Shown here: piece after piece, positions 26,571 to 37,395 of the stretch | Layout of the letters: the number at the start of each line of letters is the position of its first letter | Position numbering within the stretch: position 1 is the first letter of the stretch | Source: Basidiobolus meristosporus CBS 931.73 | Lineage: Eukaryota; Fungi; Basidiobolomycota | NCBI GenBank assembly: GCA_002104905.1 | Contig: MCFE01000034.1 | Location: 62,001 to 126,000, forward strand | Length of the DNA stretch: 64,000 nt | Direction: 5' to 3' | Made by a program: the position numbers and the translations under genes | Notes under the pieces: model-generated | Told to the model about the DNA's origin: nothing | Databases searched by the model: none | What the model saw: the letters and a program-made list of their open reading frames with translations, nothing else

Positions 26571-29500
26571 TGTTATGATCTGCCGCTTGAATGTTTAAGT
26601 TAGATCAGTTTTTAGTCAAATCAATTAGTATATGTTTAGGTTATCAGTATATCAGTATTATCTATGAAATCAGTAGCATTAGTCAGCAAATGAATCAACA
26701 GATCCTTATCAGACAGAAATAGATATATTAAGTAGGATCTTATTGGGTGATGATGATGCAATCAAATGAGTCATCAGCCACAACCTACATTAGTAAATAC
26801 AATTAGTCAGCAATTGATCTGGCAAAATGTATATAAGGAACTGCTGGAGCCTCAATAAAAATCAGTTCAAGTTTTAGTGAATACAATACTAGCTAAACTC
26901 CCTATTCCTCTACAACTCTTATACCAAGACTTGTAACATTGGTAGCAGCAATAACCAGAAACCTCCCTCCTGAAGAAAGAAGAAACTACCCTCAAGATGT
27001 TGGAGAATCAAGAATGGAAGAATGCCATGCAGCAAATCCTGGCCCAACAGCAACAGTTACTCCAGATCCTCAGCCAACAGCAACAAGGAATGACTACCAT
27101 GGCTCAGAGCCAGCAAAGCCCTGTCAAGAGCAACTTTAGTGTGAAGGTCAACCGGTACCATGGCAGAGTCAATGAAACCCTGGGAACTTGGCTCTTTCAG
27201 ACTGAAGAAGCTTTTAAAGCTAAAGGAATTGCTCCAGAGAGCAAGTTGCATTATGCAGCTTCTTACCTGGCAGATGCAGCTTTACAGTGGTACCACAACA
27301 AGATCAGGTCAGCTACTATGATGGGATGCTCTACAATCTCTACCTGGGATGAGTTTGTGTTGGAAATTCAGGATGCTTTTGAACCTCCACACCAGCAGAC
27401 ACTACTAAGAAGGAAGTTAAAGACACTCAGACAGAAAGGAATGGTGCAAGAATACATCTATGAGTACAGATGTCTACTTGGACAAATTGAAAGAATGGAC
27501 CCCCTGGATCAAGTTGAATACTTTATTGATGGGTTAAAAGAAAGAACTCGCAAGGAAGTGAATTATTGAAGACCTCAGACTATTGAAGAAGCCATCAAGA
27601 TTGCCATTGACTATGACTCAGCTATGTTTGGAGTTGGGAAGCCTACAGTGACTAATCAGAAAGGCTATATTCATTATGAAAGAAGACAATCAGAAGCAGC
27701 ACCAATGGAAATAAACGCTATGCAGAAGAATCCCTCCTCAGAAGAATGCAAGAAGAGAGGACTTTGCTTCAATTGCCACCAGCAGGGACATATTGCAAAG
27801 TACTGCCCTCAGAGCAGAAATGGACACCAGCCAACAAGAACCTTCAACCATATTGAGTCCCATGTACACAGTAATGTGGAAGATGAGCTTGAAGAAGACT
27901 CGGAACTCACCTTCCATATGACAGAAGAGTACTTGTCCCAAATGACTTCAAACTCAGGGAAGTTATTGTACTTGAATGGAGTAATCAATGGAGTACCTGC
28001 CAAGATCATGATTGACTCAGGAGCATTGCATGAGTACATGTCAGAGCAATTTGCTTTGAAAGCTGGAATCAACTCGGAACCTACCAAATCAACTTCAGTC
28101 TCCACAGCTGATGTGAACTCCCACATAATCAACCGTATTACCCAGCCAGTAAGAATGAAGATCAATGACTATGAAGAAGACCTACAGGCTTAAATATTTG
28201 GGAACTGCAAGTTTGACCTTGTACTTGGAAAAACATGGCTATTTTGTCATAATCCATCAATCAACTGGAGAACCCATGCTACTCAGATCCAAAAAGACAA
28301 CAAGACCTATGAGCTATTACCTGCCAGGCTGGATTTTAACTTGGTCAATTCCAGTATGTGTGAGACAAGTGAACTTAGCAAGACCCAGTTCTGTAGAGCG
28401 CTTAGAAAAGGTACTCAGATGTTCCTCATGGCGGTTTTACAGGAGGATTCCTCTACCCCAGCACCCCAGCAGGTCCAGACTCTCTTGAAGAAATATTCAG
28501 ACGTGTTTCCAGATGAGCTTGTAAGCCTACCACCAGTCAGAGACGTGGATCATGCCATTGACACAGGTGATAGCCCTCCAGTGAGCAAGACACCTTACAG
28601 AATGAGTCCATTGGAATTGGAGGAAATGAAGAGACAAATTGATCAGCTATTGGAGCAAGGATACATCAGGCCCAGCAAGTCACCCTGGGGAGCACCAGTG
28701 CTTTTTGTGAAAAAAAAGGATGGAATACTTAGGATGTGCATTGACTACAGAGCCCTGAACTCAGTTACCGTCCAGAATAAGTACCCCATACCTTGGATTG
28801 ATGAGCCTTTGGACCAACTTAATGGAGCCACTATTTTCAGTAAGATTGACCTCATGTCAGGATACAACCAAATTAGGGTGAAACCAGAAGATATTCCTAA
28901 GACAGCATTTAGGACCAGATATGGACATTACGAGTACTTAGTCATGAGTTTTGGCCTCACTAATGCCCCTGCAACATTCATGACGCTGATGCAGACTGTC
29001 TTTCAGGAGTACTTAGACAAGTTTGTGATAATCTACCTGGATGACATATTGATATACAGCAAGACAGAAGAGGATCATGTAGTGCACATTGAAAAGGTCC
29101 TGAAGAAACTAAGAGAGAACAAGCTATATGGCAAGCTAGCCAAGTGTGAATTCTTCAAGGAACACGTGGAATACCTGGGACACATAGTGACTAGCACAGG
29201 AGTGACCTTAGACCCTAAGAAGGTTGAAGTTATCAAGAATTTGAAGCAGCCCCATAGCATATCAGAACTCAGATCCTTCCTTGGAATGGTTTCCTATTAT
29301 TGGAGATTTGTCAAGTCATTTGCAAGTATTGCAGCCCCTTTAACTGATATCCTTAAGAAAGACAATACCTACAAGTGGGACATAACTTGTGAGACTGCCT
29401 TCCAGACGCTCAAGAATGAACTTGCTAAGCTGCCAAGCCTAAGAATACCAGACTTCAGAAAAGAGTTCACTCTGTGCACAGATGCTTCAGATTATGCAAT

Positions 29501-31508
29501 TGGTGGAGTGCTGTGCCAAGAACACAAGGGAAAGGACTACCCTGTTGCCTTTGAATCCAAGAAACTGAACTCAGCAGAACAAAACTATCCAGTCCATGAG
29601 AAGGAGATGCTTGCTATAATACACTGTTTGAAGACATGGAGATGCTATATTGAAGGAGTCAAATGCACTGTGAAGACTGATCATGCCTCCCTCAAGTATA
29701 TATTTACTCAGAAGGTACTCTCTAGAAGAATGCCAAGATGAAGTGAATACATTCAGCAATTTGACCTGGAGATTGTCTACTATCCTGGAAAAAAACAACA
29801 CGGTAGCTGATGCCTTATCAAGATTACATCAAGTTGCACAACTCAACTTGGTGCATGAATCAGATTGGCCTAGCCTATTACCAAAGTACTTGGAGGACCA
29901 AGCCATTCCTAATGAGGTGGATGAAGATATCAAGAAGATAATCCGTGATGAAGCCAGCAAATTTGTTGTACACAATGAAACACTCTACTGAATTGTTGAT
30001 GGAAGCCCTATTGCCTATTGTCCTTATGTTGCTTGCCTGGATTTAATACATAAGCTACACAATGGATATGGACATCTTGGGATTGACGGAACCTATAGCC
30101 TTGTGAAAGCCAGAGCATGGTGGCCCAGAATGAAACAAGACATTGAGAAGCTAGTAAAAACATGCCCAAACTGCCAAATCAATCAAGGCCAGCCACAAAG
30201 AATTGCTGAACTCTTCCCTTTGGAGCCTGTAAGACCATTTGAGAGATGGGGAATTGACTTTATTGGAAAACTGCCAACTACCAGGAAATGCAACCGTTGG
30301 ATCCTTGTAGCTATTGACCATGCCACTAAATGGCCAGTTGCTAAAGCTGTACCAATAGCCAGTGAACAAGAAGTTGCAAGTTTCATTTACCATGAGATCC
30401 TGATGAAGTTTGGATGCCCTGTGGAGATCTTATCCAATAGAGGTGCAAACTCTATGGCAAAGACATTAGAGGCTTACCTGGAAATGCAGCAGATCAGACA
30501 CTTGAAACCTTGGCATATCACCCCAGAACTAATGGAGTCACTGAGCGGCTTAATGGATTATTTGGAAAAATGCTGACCAAGTATGCAAATGGAGTTGTCA
30601 GTAGATGAGATGAGTATATAGACCAAGCACTCTTTGCATGCAGAGTCAGAGTACACAACACCTCCCAGCAATCACCATTTTACTTAGTATATGGATGTGA
30701 ACCAAGGATTCCAGGAGATCTCACACAACCAAAGCTTACAGACACCTTAGAAGATGAACTCAGTCAGCCAAGTAGACACCAGCAACTGGAACAAAGACGT
30801 CAAGAGGCACAGACCAAAGTATCTCAAAGCGCAGAAAAGATGAAGCAGAGATTTGATAAGACTATAGCACCAGAAGCATTGACAGTTGGGAACTTTGTAT
30901 TGCTAAGAAACAACACTTGGAAGAAGTTTGAGCCACAATGGACAGGACCATACAAGATCATCAGAGAATGTCCATTTGCAACTTACTAACTGGTGGACAA
31001 ACAAGGCAATAACTGGGAAGACTTAGTGCATAGGGACAGACTCAAGCGTGCAAGACTTGCTGATAATACTGAACCATCAAGATATTGGTATCACAAGAAA
31101 AGAGATTCAGGAGAACCCTCTCAACTTTAGTAGGGGAGAATGTTATGATCTGCCGCTTGAATGTTTAAGTTAGATCAGTTTTTAGTCAAATCAATTAGTA
31201 TATGTTTAGGTTATCAGTATATCAGTATTATCTATGAAATCAGTAGCATTAGTCAGCAAATGAATCAGCAGATCCTTATCAGACAGAAATAGATATATTA
31301 AGTAGGATCTTATTGGGTGATGATGATGCAATCAAATGAGTCATCAGCCGCAACCTACATTAGTAAATACAATTAGTCAGCAATTGATCTGGCAAAATGG
31401 ATATAAGGAGCTGCTGGAGCCTCAATAAAAATCAGTTCAAGTTTTAGTGAATACAATACTAGCTAAACTCCCTATTCCTCTACAACTCTTATACCAAGAC
31501 TTGTAACA
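26571..31508 (+). mobile_element. Structurally complete Ty3/Gypsy retrotransposon F1 (LTRs 26571-26938 and 31141-31508)
   Basis: 368-bp LTRs with 4 differences by eye. TSD ATAG at 26567-70 and 31509-12. PBS TGGTAGCAG at 26940. PPT AGTAGGGGAGAA at 31129-31140. Confidence 0.97.
26997..31130 (+). pseudogene. F1 gag-pol (gag with CCHC, protease, RT, RNase H, integrase) with in-frame stops and frameshifts
   Basis: [47 protein letters not shown]. Stops at 27567, 28191, 29739 and 29989. No chromodomain seen. Confidence 0.93.
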
Positions 31509-32594
31509 ATAGATGAAAAGTGCTCAAATATGGACCAAAAACTTCCCCATCAATCAATGGTTGGTAGCTAAGTGTACTTGATGGTGTCAACACATCCAGA
31601 TATTGCAGTGGCAGTTGGAATAGTCAGTCTACTCATGCAGAATTATGGATCAGATCAAATTGTGGCAGTTAAGTGGATTTTCAGATATCTACAAGATACC
31701 ATCAATATGGTACTGGAATACTCTGGAGCAGCTAATAGGCAAAAATTTGATGGTTATAGTAATTCAGTTTGGGGTAGGGATCTGATTGACAGATGCTCTA
31801 CCACAGACTATGTATTTCTTTATGCTGGTGCAGCTATTACTTGGAATTGCAAGAAACAACCAACTGTGGCCCTATCTACAACCGAAGCAGAATATGTGGC
31901 TGCATATCAAGCAACTAGGGAGGCTATATGGCTACAAAAATTATCTAAAGACTTGGGTTTTAATTCAGATGAACCAACATGTATTTACAAGGATAATCAA
32001 AGTTGTATTTCATTAGCTAGAAATCCTACTAATCATGCCAGAACTAAGCCCATTGATATACAGCATCATGTTGTGAGAGAAGTTGTAGAAAATAACTTAG
32101 TAGAGTTAGTGTACTGCCCAACTAACAAAATGGTGGCAGATATATTGACAAAACCACTAGCTAGGCCACAACTTGAGAATCTCAGGGAGGATTTAGGATT
32201 AAGAAACTATTTAGTTGAGGGGGAGTGTTAAGATATTGGACTATTTGGTATCATTCTGCAGCTAAAAGTTTACTTAACAATTCTGGACTAGTCTTGGTCA
32301 CCATGGGACTATTTTACAGCTCCAACTTTGCCATTTCCTTCAGATCTACGATCTTATGATTATTCCCCTATAGTCAGGGTCAAATTAGCACTGATACTAA
32401 CTATTATATACTAACCCTGAAACTGTTACAAAATGCTTCTGAATATTGAGAAACCCTCCTTACTTGGTGTTACAGCTGTATCACTTCTACAAAGGTATAA
32501 ATACTGATCTTCTTTACTAATAAACAACAGTTCAGCCATTATCACTATTTCTTGATAAGTTCCTTATATCCAAATCACTTCTTAAATTGCAACA

Positions 32595-32738
32595 GGTTAT
32601 GAGCCCCAATTGCCTTAATCTATTCAAAAGATGACTTCTACCAGCAAACAGAACAGCACAAACATCTTCCCTGTAAAGGAGAGGCTTGATGGAAAGAAAT
32701 ACAGACTTTGGAGAATCAAGATGCAGATCCACCTTGAG
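32595..32738 (+). mobile_element. PBS and gag stub of a further Copia-A unit (A5) directly after the A4 LTR
   Basis: GGTTATGAGCCC at 32595-32606, then MTSTSKQNSTNIFPVKERLDGK..., homologous to 19347. Confidence 0.88.
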
Positions 32739-32739
32739 G

Positions 32740-33059
32740 AATTTCATATCTTGGAGTGTTCAGCAATAGGTTCCATATTAGGAGTGTTTTGGATACCTTC
32801 CCAGTCATGGCTGACAGATTTTTGAGACAGCAGTGGCACTGCCATTTGGACAAATTCAAGGCACACTGTGTGAAGTTTGAAGCACTGTCAGACCTTGAGG
32901 GTAACATCATTGTAACATTGAGTAAAATTACCAGCTGCTATATCCTACTGCTATTATGATGGTCAGAATTTAAGTGCCAGATGGTGCTGTAGTGTGCCAG
33001 ATCAATACAGCACTCTATACTGGCTGGCACTATGTGGCACTATCCAATAAAGCAAATCT
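32740..33059. mobile_element. Terminal part of an element related to the foldback family
   Basis: Ends ...GGCACTATGTGGCACTATCCAATAAAGCAAATCT followed by AGT. Compare the foldback end GTGGCACTATCCAACAGAACAAGTCT followed by ATT. The interior is unrelated to the foldback arms. Confidence 0.5.
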
Positions 33060-34177
33060 AGTGTACAGTGTTCCTCTGCTGTTACATTTTGAAATAGCTC
33101 AATTCTTGGCTGCAACATTGAGCTGCTTGGGTTCCTTCCTTGCAGCAGAGATATGGAGTTCTCTAACTGAAATACTGATTGCTCTACATGTACTATCTGC
33201 TCATCCTGCCTCTAGACTCTTTCCTGATTTGTCTGGGCCATTGCATCCTTCCTATCAGCTACTATATCTAATTGTCTCATTATGCTTTGGTACATGCTGA
33301 CAATATACTTGCTAATACAGGTGGTGGTGATGTTATGATGGCCACCTGCTGATCATCTGCAGGAGCATCATTGTTAGCTTGTAGTTCTGCAGAGATTCTT
33401 ATTTGCCCACCTGACTGAGAGCCTGAGGAGCCTGCATTATTTCCTTTAGTGGCCACACTATCAGCATAGCTTTTTTTGGATGTTGCTCTGCTTGTTGCAC
33501 AGAATTACAAAGCAAGCTGTTGTCCAACTGTGGGGTTTAGTTGGCAACTAGACAACTTTGCTTTATTTTTTGGAAGCATAAATTTAGAAGTGAGTCAAAT
33601 CAAAGGACAAACAGTGTTACAATATACATGTATACATGTATATAGTGTGCCCCACTTTATTTATAATGCCTACTATTGTGGGTCATCATTGAGTCTTACA
33701 TTCATGTAGGCATGTGGTATCAGATACAAGACTCTCTCATATTCAAATGAGTATTGATAAAAATAGATATAATAGCATTATATTGCTGAGCATCAAACTG
33801 TTTGCCTCATGAGTAGACTACCGAGATTCAATGCAGTAAGAGAAGAGAAAAAAGACTCTATGGCTATTGTAGCAAGTCTTGTAGCCTCAAAGCAGGCAGA
33901 CAGCATAGGAAGTGTTACAAGGATCACAGACAGTGTTTTGCCACACAAATTATATTTGACCTTTCATCAGCCATTAATCTAACCACAATATCTTGCCAGC
34001 CGCTTGATACTTCTATGATAGCCCCAAGCTATACTTGTAACCTTGTACAAGCTTAGTCAGGTGAGCTTTTTATACCTTTAGCCTCACCTCAGCCTTCTGA
34101 ATATGGCATGGAGGGTGATAGCTCCAAAGAAGAAGGCACACTGATAGATTGTGATCCTCTATCTCCTAACAGCAGTA
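33060..34177. mobile_element. CACTA/CMC central fragment: ORF2 5' end (minus), intergenic region, transposase 5' end (plus)
   Basis: Collinear with ~44710-45880. ORF2 start MLPKNK near 33580. Cut by a CCCTATG terminus at 34178. Confidence 0.75.
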
Positions 34178-36255
34178 CCCTATGAGAAATAATTGTAATG
34201 ATCCTGACAAAAGGCTGTCACATAATTCAATTTCTGTGACTAGGAGATATTGATCCTGTTAGGACACTACGCCAAGACCTTTGCAATATAATTGCACCCC
34301 AGATTTCACAAAATGTTTTGTCAAAATTTTTGCTCACAATACATAAGTGGCTTTTGATGGGTCCTTTGCCAACTCCCTCTCCTTCTGATTCTGGACACTC
34401 AATCACCTCCTCTGTGTGTGTACATTGATTGGCTATTGCATCTTTTTCACACTCTTTACATCCCAACTGAACTGTTCCTCTTACTTTTTATGCATACAAA
34501 TTGATATACTTCCATTGAGGCTTCAGTTGTACCTAAATTGCCAATTGTGTTAGCCTATGCAATTCCCTTAGCCCAACACTAACATTAAGCCCAACCCCAC
34601 ACTCAATAACATACTACATCAGATTCCCTCACTCAATAAGTATCACTGCTGCAACACCCTTCTTCCATTACTTTGGCAGGAACCCTATGGCTTTATCCCA
34701 CTGTTCATTCATTGGTTCCAATATGTCCTGGTTATCAGCCAGCTCTGCAAGGTCTGGCACCTCATCTGCCAGTCTTTGCAATAAATCCTTGCAATATTCA
34801 AGTGAGTTTTCTTGAGCACTGCTCCTAAAGAAGTGCTGCAATCTCTTGGTGTGCCTATTAGTGCTCCAAAGCTCTACTGTAGGCATTGGGACAGTCTTTA
34901 GAGTACTTGATATTGTTGCTTTGTCTGTCAGTGTTTATATCAATCTGACTACAATTGAGGACATGGAGTTAGTGGTAAAAAATTCCTTTTCTCTGCAAAC
35001 TCATCCATCCAACTGGAGTGTAGCTCAGCTGGCTGCAATTCCAACTCTTGAGAAAAATGCTTTTGTCTTGCTGGTAATTCTGCTTGGCTATGATGGGATT
35101 TGGGCTGTACTGAGCTGACAGTGTTAATTGGTGAGAGCTGTAGCCTTTTTCTGATGCTTCCATGTTTCTGGCTTGAGTGCACCCTTATCTTTTCAGCTTT
35201 ACCATTATCACTGCTGAGTCCTTCACTGCCACTTTGATTGAGTGTTTGTTGTATAGTACTCTTTTTCTCCTTGATGAATGCTGCACTGGTGCATCTAATT
35301 TTGCCTGCTTGTTCCTTTCCTGCACTCTCCCAGCAACCTGACATCTCTTAGCCACTTACTTGAAACTTTCAGCCAAGCTTGTGATGGACACTTTAGAGAG
35401 CTGCCAGTTTTATGACTGTCAAGTCCAGTACTGCCACTGTAATTAAGTACTTCTTGTAATAAACTTTGCTTTCTCCTTAATGAATTCTGCATCAGTGCAT
35501 CTATTTTGCCTGCTTGTCCCTTGCCAGCATTCTTCCTGCAACCTGATGTTTCTTTGCTGCTTGCTTAGATCTTCCAGCTCTGCTTGTAGCAAGCCCTGGA
35601 GGAAGCTGCTAGTTTTTAGCCATGAAACCCTTGTTCTTCTGCCTTTGATAGCTTCTGCTCATTTTGAGATACTTTCTCAGCACTCCAATGCTTGCCCAAA
35701 ATCCATTTGCTTGCTTGAATCCAGGATAATGCTCAAGGAACAGAGCAAGTGCATTCTGCTTGATCAAGAGTTGCTGATGATCCTATGGTATGCTGGCATT
35801 AAGGTGAAGCTGTGTTTGACTTCTAATGGCCTCTTGAATATTAGCCCACTCTTCCTCATTGAACTCAGTGGATTCTTGGATCATCAATGTCTTTTGATTT
35901 TTAGGCTTGAGTATAGATACCACAGTCTTTCCCTCCCATGCTGTGATAGGTTCTTCTGTGGGCCTTATATTTGAGCACTGTTGTGGTGCTTCAAAGACTG
36001 CACAGTGTTCCTGTACTCTTACCTTGTGAAATAGCTCAATTTTTGGCTGTTAGATTGAGCTACTTGGTGTTATTCTTTGCAGCAAAGATACTGCATTCTC
36101 TACCTGGGGTCTTGATTGCTCTGCACCTTTATCTGCTCATTTTGTTTTAAGACTATTTCCTGATTTCCCTGGGCCATCTAATCCTTTCAATCAGCCACTG
36201 TACCTATTTGCCTCAATAATGCTTTGCCACAAGTTGACAACATACTTGTTGATAA
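34178..36255 (-). mobile_element. CACTA/CMC left end plus most of ORF2 (decayed)
   Basis: Starts CCCTATGAGAAATAAT. ORFs 34227-34466, 34668-34886 and 34949-35344 are homologous to 42925-44960. Confidence 0.78.
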
Positions 36256-36257
36256 AG

Positions 36258-37395
36258 TTGGTATCATCTGGCACTATAAGTGCTTTGCATAGATTTTACT
36301 TAAGGGCTAATGTCAATATAGTGCTGGTTAGTGCTGATTGACAAAGATAGTGCCATACATTTTTGTGAAATGTTACAGCTGCAGGAGCTAGATTCAGAGT
36401 GCCATGGGTATTGAGTACCAGATATATATCCTCAGTCCTTCTGTGCTCTTATACATCCTGCACAACATTGATCCCAAAATAAAGGTCAAAAAATGTATTT
36501 GTGCTAGCACAATAGACTTGTTCTGTTTGATAGTGCCACATTGTGCCATGAGTACCAATTGATGCCATAGTGTATCAGGGAGGACAAGTGAGACTATACC
36601 TGGCCATAGAGTGTGAAACATAGCTCTGCATCTTCATGCAAAGCAGCCCTTGTAGTTCACCCATTGTACTGGAGAAAATCCATTTTTTAACCTTTTTTTG
36701 GATCAATGTTGTGTAGGATGTGTATAAGCACAAAAGAAATGAGGACATGCATCTGGTACTCAATACCCATGGCACTCTGAGTCTATCTCCTGTAGCTTGT
36801 ATTATGTCACAAAAATGCATGGCACTATATTAGTCCACTGGTACTATCTGGCACTATAGGTGCTTTCTATAGGCTTTACTAGAGGGCTAATATTTAAATA
36901 TAGTGCCTGATAGTACCAGTGGACCAGGGTAGTGCCATGCAATTTGGTGACATGATACAAGCCACAGGAGATAGACTCAGAGTGCCAAGGGTATTGAGTG
37001 CCAGATGCATGTCTTAAGTCCTTCTGTGCTCTTACACACCCTGCACAATATTGATCCAAAAAAAAGGTCAGAAAATAGATTTTCTCCAGCACAATGGGTG
37101 AAATACCAGGGCTACTTTGCCTGAAGATGAAGAGCTATGTTTCACACTCTGTGGCCAAGTTTAGGTCTGCTATGCCTTTCTGGCATGTAATGGCACTATT
37201 TGGCACTCATGGCTCAATGTGGCACTATCCAATCAAACGAGTCTAGTAGGTGAGACACAGGGTTGCTTTGCATGAAGATGAAGAACCAGGTTTCACACTC
37301 TGTAGCCAAGTATATATCTACTTGGCCTACCTGGCATACTATGGCATCATTTGGCACTCATGGCTCAATGTGGAACTATTCAATGGAATAAATCT
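36258..37395. mobile_element. Foldback element, outer copy (left arm truncated), hosting an inner copy
   Basis: Spacer at ~36280-36320. Right arm is interrupted at 36513, resumes at 37248 and ends ...GAATAAATCT at 37395, followed by the LTR-B remainder. Confidence 0.8.
36514..37244. mobile_element. Foldback element, inner copy (731 bp)
   Basis: AGAC...GTCT ends and inverted arms. Flanks AAT (36511-13) and AGT (37245-47). Host arm reads gcacAATaggtga when it is removed. Confidence 0.9.

Larger units (their letters stand above)
26268..32594 (+). mobile_element. Copia family A element A4 (RT/RNase H 3' part, interrupted by F1; LTR 32226-32594)
   Basis: RT 26268-26570 continues at 31509. ORF 31572-32231 is the RT end plus RNase H. 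PPT GAGGGGGAG precedes the LTR. Confidence 0.92.

Noticed and set aside
30900-31130. Chromodomain at the end of the Gypsy F1 integrase
   Set aside because: The frame ends shortly after the GPY-like and HRDRLK motifs, with no chromodomain-like residues.
35480-35974. 164-aa plus-strand ORF and similar Leu/Cys/Ser-rich ORFs across 1-53 kb as real genes
   Set aside because: They are antisense shadows or off-frame pieces of decayed transposon ORFs, with no independent motifs or splice structure.
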